NCBI GenBank assembly: GCA_030840515.1
Contig: JAVEEJ010000124.1
Coordinates: 1-37,472, forward strand
Length of the DNA: 37,472 bases
DNA from: Frankiaceae bacterium
GTDB lineage: Bacteria > Actinomycetota > Actinomycetes > JAVEEJ01
Direction: 5' to 3'
Position numbers and translations under genes: made by a program. Under the pieces are notes generated by a model that ran no database searches, was not told the DNA's origin, and saw only the letters and a list, made by a program, of their open reading frames with translations. Of this stretch, positions 31,505-37,472 are shown one piece after another. The first letter of the stretch is position 1. Every line of letters starts with the position of its first letter.

Positions 31505-32793
31505 GACGTCCCCTCCAGCAGTTCGGCGAGCACCCGGCGGCACACCAGGTCGAGCAGCGTCTCACCCCTGACCAGACCCTCGCGACGGGGCACGACCTCG
31601 TCTCCCTGCTGAGCTGTGACCGGGTAGAGCGCGAAGCGGGTGCCGAACAGCTGCTGCGGCATCGACTGCGCACGCCGCCAGGCCTCGCCGACGAGGAACG
31701 CCGCCTGGACCCGCTTCGCCGCTGGCGCCCGACGTGACTCGAGAGCCGCGTTGATGACGAACGCCTGCCACTCCCAGGCCACCAGCCAGGGCTCGAGCTC
31801 GGACTGCCATGAGGCCGCCAGACCCTCGCGGCACCCGCGGGCGAGCCACTGTTCGAGACTCCGGTCACCGCTGCTCAACGCGGCCTCGGCCCACGCGAGC
31901 AGCTCCGGGTCAGGGCCGGGCGAGGTCAGCCACGAGCAGGCCGCCCGGGCGAGCGGCTCGATGCCGGGCACGTCCACGAGCGCCGCCTGCCAGCAGTGCT
32001 CCGGATCCGTCGTCGGCGTGTCCCACCACCGCAGGTAGGCGTCGACACCGATGCGGCTGGCGAGCGGCAGCTCCATGAGGTTGAGCAGCAGACCGCCGAC
32101 GACCGACGGCAGCTCGGGGTCGCGCGGCGGCGGCGGACCGAGGTGCAGGACCCCGCTCATCGGGCCGTCGTTGACCGGGAAGTTGTCGGCAAGCACGAGC
32201 GTGCGGCCGAGCTCGGCCGTCAGCGCGCGGACCTCGTCCACGGGGATGCGGGGACTGACGATCGCCGGGCCGGTCCAGAAGACCTCGACGCCGGGGGCGA
32301 GTGCGTCACAGAAGGCGCGCAGGTAAGCGGTCGCCGTACTCGCTGAGTAATCCGTCGGGCACGTCGCGCGCAGTGAGCCCGGAGGGAGGGCGAGTACGGC
32401 GGCGCTGACGCCTGCCGCGTGGCTGGCACCCAGCTCGGCACCGCCGCGCGGCACGTCGTCCCAGGCGACGCCGACCTGGTGAACCCCGAGGTCGAGCAGC
32501 GCCTGCAGCTTGACGGTCAGCGCACCGTGGTCCGGCTCGCCCTGCCAGTCGAGGCCGGGCGAGACGCACACCGAGAGCCGAACGCCGGCTTCGCGGCAGG
32601 CATCGACGAGGCGAACGAGGTGAGTACCCGCCGGGATGGGCTCACGCCACGAGTCACGGAGCAGCGGGTCACCCTTGGGCGAGTAGACGTAGTCGCGGAT
32701 GCCGCGCCGGCCGCACCAGGCAACCAGCTCCAGCCGGTCGCCCTCGGCGAAGGGCTGGCCGTAGAAGCCTTCAAGCACTCCGCGCCAGCCCAT
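31501..32793 (-). CDS. Cytoplasmic GH84-family beta-N-acetylglucosaminidase (O-GlcNAcase-like) with C-terminal helical domain
   Basis: The motifs occur in the GH84 order: WRGVLEGFYGQPF, YVYSPKGDPLLRDSWREP, VGVAWDDVP (the catalytic Asp-Asp pair), FWTGP and LADNFPVNDG. There is no signal peptide. I chose ATG at 32793 because the 12 codons upstream of it in the track ORF have low third-position GC. Confidence 0.8.
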   Translation of the reverse strand: MGWRGVLEGFYGQPFAEGDRLELVAWCGRRGIRDYVYSPKGDPLLRDSWREPIPAGTHLVRLVDACREAGVRLSVCVSPGLDWQGEPDHGALTVKLQALLDLGVHQVGVAWDDVPRGGAELGASHAAGVSAAVLALPPGSLRATCPTDYSASTATAYLRAFCDALAPGVEVFWTGPAIVSPRIPVDEVRALTAELGRTLVLADNFPVNDGPMSGVLHLGPPPPRDPELPSVVGGLLLNLMELPLASRIGVDAYLRWWDTPTTDPEHCWQAALVDVPGIEPLARAACSWLTSPGPDPELLAWAEAALSSGDRSLEQWLARGCREGLAASWQSELEPWLVAWEWQAFVINAALESRRAPAAKRVQAAFLVGEAWRRAQSMPQQLFGTRFALYPVTAQQGDEVVPRREGLVRGETLLDLVCRRVLAELLEGTS

Positions 32794-32820
32794 TCGCCAA
32801 TACCTATCATTCGCCGATAC
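32791..32820. promoter_or_regulatory. 13-bp direct repeat CATTCGCC(A/G)ATAC x2 in the GH84 / hydrolase divergent region
   Basis: The copies lie at 32791-32803 and 32808-32820 and match at 12 of 13 positions, 17 bp apart. This is the most AT-rich patch of the locus. TATCAT (32805-32810) and GATACT (32816-32821) are possible -10 elements for the + strand gene. Function is inferred only. Confidence 0.35.
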
Positions 32821-32827
32821 TGGCCGC

Positions 32828-33625
32828 ATGCGCGCGCTGATCCACGATGTCGAGCTCGACTACGAGCTCAGCGGCAGCGGGCCGGAGCTGGTGTGGCTGC
32901 ACGGGCTGTCGGGGTCGGTCGACGAGTCGCGTTGGCTGACCGACCACCTGGCGACGCGCTTCAGGGTGCTGACCTACTCGACCCGCGGTCACGGGCGCTC
33001 GTCGCCGGTGCTCGAGCGGCATCGCTACCGCTACGACGTCATCGCCGACGACCTCGACGCGATGCTGGATCACGTCGGCTTCAGCAAGCCCATCGTGGCC
33101 GGCGGCTCACACGGCGCGAACACCGCGCTGCGGCACGCGGTGCGGCATCCCGGTCGGGTGAGCGGACTGGTGCTCGTCGCGCCCGGGAGCAACGCGCTGC
33201 GCCGGCCCGACCGGCTGCGCTGGGGCCTGGTGCGCGGTCAGCTCGCGCTGGCACGCCGGCACGGCGCCGACGGCATCGTCCGCGCGATCACCGGCCAGGA
33301 CCCCGGCGACCCCGCGGCAGACCAGGCCGCCATCGCCGCTGCACGCAGCCACGACCTGGCCTCGCTCGAGGCGGCGATGCGGCACATCGCCGATCAGCGC
33401 GTCGTGCCGCCGGAGGCGTTGCGCGGGGTGCAGGTGCCGACCGTGGTGGCCGCGTGGCGCAAGGACCCGGTGCTGCACCCGTTCGGCGTGGCGCAGCGGA
33501 TCGCCCAGCTCATCCCCGACGCCGAGCTGCACGAGCTGCCGCGCCCCGGTCAGGTACCGCAGGCCGAGGCTGCCGAGCTGGTCGCCGTCCTCGTGGACCG
33601 CGTGCTGGCCAGGCTTCGGCAGTAG
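32828..33625 (+). CDS. Alpha/beta-fold hydrolase
   Basis: PELVWLHGLSGS is an oxyanion-region motif, the nucleophile-elbow-like motif is VAGGSHGAN, and HELPRPGQ lies near the C-terminus. Confidence 0.8.
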   Translation: MRALIHDVELDYELSGSGPELVWLHGLSGSVDESRWLTDHLATRFRVLTYSTRGHGRSSPVLERHRYRYDVIADDLDAMLDHVGFSKPIVAGGSHGANTALRHAVRHPGRVSGLVLVAPGSNALRRPDRLRWGLVRGQLALARRHGADGIVRAITGQDPGDPAADQAAIAAARSHDLASLEAAMRHIADQRVVPPEALRGVQVPTVVAAWRKDPVLHPFGVAQRIAQLIPDAELHELPRPGQVPQAEAAELVAVLVDRVLARLRQ

Positions 33626-33798
33626 ATGCGGCCCCGGCCGCCGACGGGGGGACGACGACCGGGACGCTGGGCCAACCCTGGGCCACGCCAGCTCGGGAGT
33701 CCATGGCACGGGCGAGGGGTTACGGGCAGCTCATTGGCACCAGGACCATCGCCTCGTATCAGCGCAAACTGCGCGCCTCCCCGTTGATGAGGGCCCCC

Positions 33799-34680
33799 TC
33801 ACACCGATCTTGCGGAGTGAGGTGGACCCCCACCAACGAGGGCTAGCGCCGCGGCCGCGGCGGCGACCTTGTCGGCTGCCACCAAGGGCAGCGCGTGACC
33901 CCAGCCGGGGAAGACATCGAGCTGCGCGCCAGGGATGCGGCGCACGTGCTCATGGGCGTGCGCGACGGGTACGACGACGTCCACGTCACCGTGCATGACC
34001 AGCGTCGGTGGCGCCGTGGTCCATGTCGGCACGGGCTCGCGGCGACTGGCCCAGCACTGCACCACGTCGTTGCGCAGACCCGCTCCGCGCAGCACGCTCG
34101 GCCGCTCGATGACGAATCGCCGCAGGTCTGCGCGCGCCTCCGGGCGGGCGATGACCGCCTGCACCTCGACGTCGGTGAGGTTGGTCAGCTCGTCGAAACC
34201 GGCCCGGACCTTGCGCTGCTCGATGGCGCGATGGGGCGCGGACAAGCTCTCCCAGATGCCGGGCACCGCCGCGAGTCGGCGGGCGATCGGCGGCAGCGCG
34301 AGGAGGTCGGGGCAGACCGCGGAGACCAGGAGCAGCCCGGTGCTGCGCTCAGGGAACAGCCGGGTGAACGTGGTGGTGGACGGACCACCGCCGGAGACGC
34401 CCACCAGGGTCACGGCGTCGATGGCGAGCACGTCGAGCAGCGCGGCTATGGCGCGCGCCTGGTCGGGAATCGTGCGTCCGGTTCGCAACGGCGTCGCGCC
34501 GTAGCCCGGTCGACTCACCAGCACCACGGTGCACTGCTCGAGCAGGGGACGCGCGATGGCCTGAGCCTGCCGCCAGTCACCCGGCATCCCGTGCACCAGC
34601 AGGACAGCCGGTCCCTCACCCGCCACTGCGGCCTGCATCACGCCGCGCGCCGTCGGCACGAGCCGCGGGACGAAGCTCAC
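33799..34680 (-). CDS. Alpha/beta-fold hydrolase
   Basis: PAVLLVHGMPGDW, the nucleophile elbow LVGVSGGGPS, and FPGWGHALP near the C-terminus. The GTG start overlaps the nagA stop (GTGA at 34677-34680). The last ~14 codons have low third-position GC. Confidence 0.8.
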   Translation of the reverse strand: MSFVPRLVPTARGVMQAAVAGEGPAVLLVHGMPGDWRQAQAIARPLLEQCTVVLVSRPGYGATPLRTGRTIPDQARAIAALLDVLAIDAVTLVGVSGGGPSTTTFTRLFPERSTGLLLVSAVCPDLLALPPIARRLAAVPGIWESLSAPHRAIEQRKVRAGFDELTNLTDVEVQAVIARPEARADLRRFVIERPSVLRGAGLRNDVVQCWASRREPVPTWTTAPPTLVMHGDVDVVVPVAHAHEHVRRIPGAQLDVFPGWGHALPLVAADKVAAAAAALALVGGGPPHSARSV

Positions 34681-35783
34681 GTGCGCACCCCAGCGACCCA
34701 GGTGGCGACCAGCCGGCCGGCGTCGTCGACGGCCACGAGGTCGCCCGGTGCGCCGGGCCGGATGACGGCCTCGTGGCCGATCACCGAGGCCGGTGTCGCG
34801 GCCGCCATCGTCAGCGCGTGCTCGAGCGGAATGCCCCAGCTGACCAGGTTGCGCACGCCGGCCGCCTGGGTGACCGCGGCACCGGCGAGCACCCCGTCCG
34901 GTCGCGCCCCCCGGTCCACCGCGTCGCTCACGAGGCAGGCCCGGCTCGGGCCGACAGCCCGGTGGATCAGCCGAGCGGTCGCAGGGTGCAGGTGCTCCCC
35001 GTCGGCGATGAGCTCGACGCTCACGTCAAGATCCAGGGCGGCGCCGGCCAGTCCGGGCTCGCGGTGATGCAGCGGTGACATGGCGTTGAAGCAGTGGGTC
35101 ACGTGACGCGCGCCGGCATCCACCGCCGCCCCAGCGGTGCGGTAGTCGCAGTCGCTGTGACCCAGCGCCACGACCACGCCACGCGACACGGCGTACTCGA
35201 TCAGCTCCATCGCTCCCGGCAGCTCGGGAGCGAGCGTCACCATCCGCACGGGACCGGCGTCCAGCAGCCGGGCCAGGTCAGCCACTGCCGGGGCCGCCAG
35301 GTGGGCCGTCGGCTGCGCCCCCGCCCTGGCCGGGGCGAGCCAGGGCCCTTCGAGGTGCACACCGAGGCAGCGCGCACCGGAGGGGTTCGCGGGCTGCGCT
35401 GTGGCCACGTGCTGCAGGACCCGCTCCAGCTCGGCGATCGGCGCCGCGGCCGTCGTGGCGAGGAACGCCGTCGTCCCCCCGGCTGCCAGCGCACGCGCCA
35501 GAGCAGGCAGGTCCGGCCGCTCGGCGTCGAGCACGCCGGCGCCGCCCAGCTCGTGCACGTGGAGGTCGACGAAGCCGGGTGCGAGTACGACGTCAGGCAG
35601 GTCGAGCACGTCCGCGGCGGCGAGGCCGCGGCCCACCGAGGCCACCACCTCGCCGTCGAGGAGAACCTCGAGACCCGGGACCAGGCCTTCGCGCTGGAGC
35701 ACGGCCCGCGGGCGAATCAGGAGCGGGCCGGCCACGCTCAGATCTTGACAGTCACCGCCTCCTTTTGTAAATGTCGCATACAT
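34677..35783 (-). CDS. nagA: N-acetylglucosamine-6-phosphate deacetylase
   Basis: LAPGFVDLHVHELGGAGV (the metal-binding HxH), HLEGPWL, ALGHSD, THCFNAM and SDAVD are in NagA order. The start is uncertain: ATG 35783 has no RBS, and GTG 35735 is the alternative. Confidence 0.85.
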   Translation of the reverse strand: MYATFTKGGGDCQDLSVAGPLLIRPRAVLQREGLVPGLEVLLDGEVVASVGRGLAAADVLDLPDVVLAPGFVDLHVHELGGAGVLDAERPDLPALARALAAGGTTAFLATTAAAPIAELERVLQHVATAQPANPSGARCLGVHLEGPWLAPARAGAQPTAHLAAPAVADLARLLDAGPVRMVTLAPELPGAMELIEYAVSRGVVVALGHSDCDYRTAGAAVDAGARHVTHCFNAMSPLHHREPGLAGAALDLDVSVELIADGEHLHPATARLIHRAVGPSRACLVSDAVDRGARPDGVLAGAAVTQAAGVRNLVSWGIPLEHALTMAAATPASVIGHEAVIRPGAPGDLVAVDDAGRLVATWVAGVRT

Positions 35784-35828
35784 ATCCCGCGGGAGCGCGG
35801 GTCAGAGTGCGGTTGGGGGGGACCAGCG

Positions 35829-36629
35829 ATGTCCGTGGCCGACCCCTCGCGCGAGCTGGCCAGCACCGCCGCACAGATCCCCGCCCCCCATGCCGCGCCC
35901 CAGTCGGACCCCCACGCAGCCCCCAACTCCGCCGGCCCGGTCGCGGCGTGCGTCGAGGTCGGCGCCAGCGGCGCCCAGACCGCCGTGCTGGACCACTTCG
36001 GCCGGCTGAGCTTCTACGACGGTGTCGCGGTGCCGGGTGACGTCCCGGTGCTGGCTGCGGTGCCAGGCCTGCTGAGCGGGACGCATGTGGTGGCAGCGTC
36101 CAACCTCGGCTGGTTCGACGTGCCCGTCGCCGAGGCACTGGGGCTCGACGAGCCGGTGCACCTGCTGTGCAACGACGCAGAGGCCGCCGCCCTGGGTGAG
36201 CAGGTGCTGCGCGGCGGCGAGCCGGACCTGGTCTACGTCGGGGTCGGCACCGGCGTCGGCGGCGCGGTGGTGCGCGGCGGAGCCGTGACGGGCAACCTGT
36301 TCGGGCACAGCGGCAGCTTCGGCGCGCGGCGCTGCCCCTGCGGCTCGACCGGCTGCCTGGAGACCGTCGCTGCGGGCTGGGCGCTCGGCGACCCGGCGTC
36401 CACAAGCGAGCTCGAGCGTGCGGCCCAGGCCATCGCCGCGGCGGTCGAGGCCGAGCCGCTCGCGACACCGCAGCTGGTCGTGCTCGCAGGAGGAATCCCC
36501 CGCCGGCACCCGAATCTCCTAGCCATGGTGGCCGCCGCGCTACCCGGCCGCCGGGTCGAGCCCACGATCGCTCCCCCGGCGGCGAAGTCCGCGGCCGCCT
36601 GGGGCCTGCTTCACCTGCGAACCCCGTGA
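35829..36629 (+). CDS. ROK-family sugar kinase-like protein (short, atypical N-terminus)
   Basis: The ROK zinc motif is LFGHSGSFGARRCPCGSTGCLETVAAG, preceded by NDAEAAALGE and VGVGTGVGGAVV. The N-terminal 35 aa are low-complexity, and the usual DxGGT phosphate-1 motif reads VEVGASGAQT. The ATG follows GGGGGGGA. Confidence 0.7.
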   Translation: MSVADPSRELASTAAQIPAPHAAPQSDPHAAPNSAGPVAACVEVGASGAQTAVLDHFGRLSFYDGVAVPGDVPVLAAVPGLLSGTHVVAASNLGWFDVPVAEALGLDEPVHLLCNDAEAAALGEQVLRGGEPDLVYVGVGTGVGGAVVRGGAVTGNLFGHSGSFGARRCPCGSTGCLETVAAGWALGDPASTSELERAAQAIAAAVEAEPLATPQLVVLAGGIPRRHPNLLAMVAAALPGRRVEPTIAPPAAKSAAAWGLLHLRTP

Positions 36630-36651
36630 CACCCGTCCTCGAGGAGCGTCC

Positions 36652-37472
36652 GTGACCGCCACTGCTGCAGGTCGGCTCCGCGCCGCCGCGATCGCCGCCG
36701 GCCTCGTGGCCGCGCTCGTCGTACCCGTCACCATCGCCTCAGGCAGCGGCCCCGTCGACCCGACCGCGGGGCCCTACCTGTCGCTGCTCGGCTCGATGCA
36801 CGAGCACAGCGGCTACTCCGACGGCTGGGTCGGATCCGAGCCCTCGACGTTCTTTGCCTCGGGCAAGCGCTTCGGCCTCGACTTCATGGGCGGCAGCGAC
36901 CACAGCGACACCTTCCAGGTCCCGCTGCTGTCGACGTCGCAGTACTGCCTCGACCCCACCACGACCCCGAGCTGTGTCGCGACGGACGACCTCAACGCCG
37001 ACGCGCGCGCCGCGCGCAAGTGGGAGTCGACGGGCGATCAAGCGCTGCAGGCGACAACGCCCACCTTCACCGGGTTCCGCGGCTTCGAGTGGACCTCCGA
37101 CGTGTTCGGCCACATCAACGTCTACTTCTCGAAGAACTACGCCAACGCCAAGGGCGATGGGGGCTACGCCACCCCGACCGCGCTCTACGACTGGATGACT
37201 CGCCGGCCCGAGGCCGGTGGCGGCTCCGACGGTCTCGCCACGTTCAACCACCCGGGCGCCAAGGACTCCCCCGCCGCGCCGCAGCCGGGCGACCTCAACT
37301 GGCACGACTTCGCCTATGACCCGCGCATCGACGACCACATGGTCGGCATCGAGGTCTACAACGACACCGACGAGTACGACCTGCACGGGCCGTCAGCACC
37401 CGCGGAGGGCTACTACGCGCACGCGCTCGACAAGGGCTGGCACCTGGGCCCGATCGGCGCCGAGGACCTCGG
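36652..37472 (+). CDS. Secreted PHP-domain (CehA/McbA-like) metallohydrolase, 3' end off the window
   Basis: My translation from GTG 36652 (GAGGAG lies 5 nt upstream) gives VTATAAGRLRAAAIAAGLVAALVVPVTIASG...SMHEHSGYSDG...GGSDHSD...FEWTSDVFGHINVY...TFNHPGA...GIEVYN. This is the His/Asp ligand series of PHP-fold enzymes. The frame stays open to the window end, so it is absent from the ORF track. Confidence 0.7.
   Translation, partial: MTATAAGRLRAAAIAAGLVAALVVPVTIASGSGPVDPTAGPYLSLLGSMHEHSGYSDGWVGSEPSTFFASGKRFGLDFMGGSDHSDTFQVPLLSTSQYCLDPTTTPSCVATDDLNADARAARKWESTGDQALQATTPTFTGFRGFEWTSDVFGHINVYFSKNYANAKGDGGYATPTALYDWMTRRPEAGGGSDGLATFNHPGAKDSPAAPQPGDLNWHDFAYDPRIDDHMVGIEVYNDTDEYDLHGPSAPAEGYYAHALDKGWHLGPIGAEDL

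Noticed and set aside
16387-32793. Idea that the GH84 locus and the two DinB-family genes act on mycothiol or GlcN-inositol conjugates
   Set aside because: Mycothiol contains alpha-linked GlcN, whereas GH84 enzymes are specific for beta-linked GlcNAc. The DinB genes are also more than 10 kb away in separate transcription units.
32794-32829. Overlapping divergent start codons in GCATGC (GH84 ORF from 32829 and hydrolase from 32828)
   Set aside because: The first 12 codons of the long GH84 ORF have low third-position GC (CCA, GTA, AAT, GAT, AGG, TAT, CGA). The GH84 fold motif begins right after the internal ATG at 32793. I therefore treat 32794-32827 as intergenic.
33626-33798. 173-nt gap between the convergent hydrolase genes, considered as an sRNA or as a 47-codon ORF (MARARGYGQLIG...)
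   Set aside because: I found no convincing promoter-plus-terminator architecture and no match to any RNA family I know. The small ORF has only moderate codon bias, is highly basic with no features, and overlaps the hydrolase 3' end. Only short 5-6 bp hairpins are present.
32419-35067. ORFs 32419..33846 (+, 475 aa), 33107..33709 (-) and 33895..35067 (+, 390 aa)
   Set aside because: The products are Arg/Ala/Pro-rich shadows overlapping the GH84, alpha/beta hydrolase and nagA genes, with no motifs.
35735-35783. Strong AAAGGAGG on the minus strand inside the annotated 5' end of nagA, suggesting a downstream start
   Set aside because: The nearest in-frame candidates (CTG at 16 nt, GTG 35735 at 22 nt) are too far away for that RBS. 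The GTG at close spacing is out of frame and terminates after 5 codons. I kept the long ORF and flagged the start as uncertain.
1-37472. Search for tRNA, rRNA, CRISPR arrays, IS elements, integrases, phage or toxin-antitoxin/defence genes
   Set aside because: I saw no cloverleaf-like or rRNA-like segments and no regularly spaced repeats longer than the 17-bp triplication. There are no transposase or recombinase motifs, no terminal inverted repeats, and no recognisable defence-system domains. The window looks like core or accessory metabolic chromosome rather than a mobile or defence island.

Overview
High-GC (roughly 70%) chromosomal segment, most likely Actinomycetota, densely packed with about 36 protein-coding genes. 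I found no rRNA, tRNA, CRISPR array, transposase, integrase or phage gene. Many long ORFs in the six-frame track are antisense shadows typical of high-GC DNA. I called genes from recognisable family motifs, third-position GC, RBS placement and start/stop overlaps. No homology search or HMM scan was possible, so all family calls are motif-based.

Gene blocks in order:
- pntB (partial), pntAB and pntAA transhydrogenase genes (minus strand).
- A NarL-type response regulator and a HisKA sensor kinase with a 7-bladed PD40 beta-propeller gene wedged between them, plus a divergent paralogous propeller.
- A full-length acyl-CoA dehydrogenase, a short ACAD-like partner and an SDR.
- PepSY protein.
- A start/stop-overlapped ilvD / HD (RelA-SpoT hydrolase-like) / MBL / PGPGW operon.
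- DinB-family protein, small zinc-ribbon ORF, TMEM175-like channel, ANT/DUF4111 nucleotidyltransferase, kynureninase, small ORFs and a second DinB-family protein.
- GlxA/AraC regulator overlapped with a ribokinase-family kinase.
- A large GlcNAc-related locus (22.7 kb to the window end). It holds a cytoplasmic GH84 beta-N-acetylglucosaminidase whose stop overlaps the start of a LivG-type ATPase. It also holds a ROK regulator and an operon of Liv-type binding protein, fused LivH-LivM permease, MFS::LivF fusion and lipoprotein. The rest is two alpha/beta hydrolases, nagA, a ROK kinase and a secreted PHP-domain protein (partial).

The best candidates for something undescribed are the propeller-containing two-component module and the GH84-centred locus. 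The latter uses an amino-acid-type (HAAT/Liv) ABC importer with an MFS-ATPase fusion rather than a sugar-type transporter.
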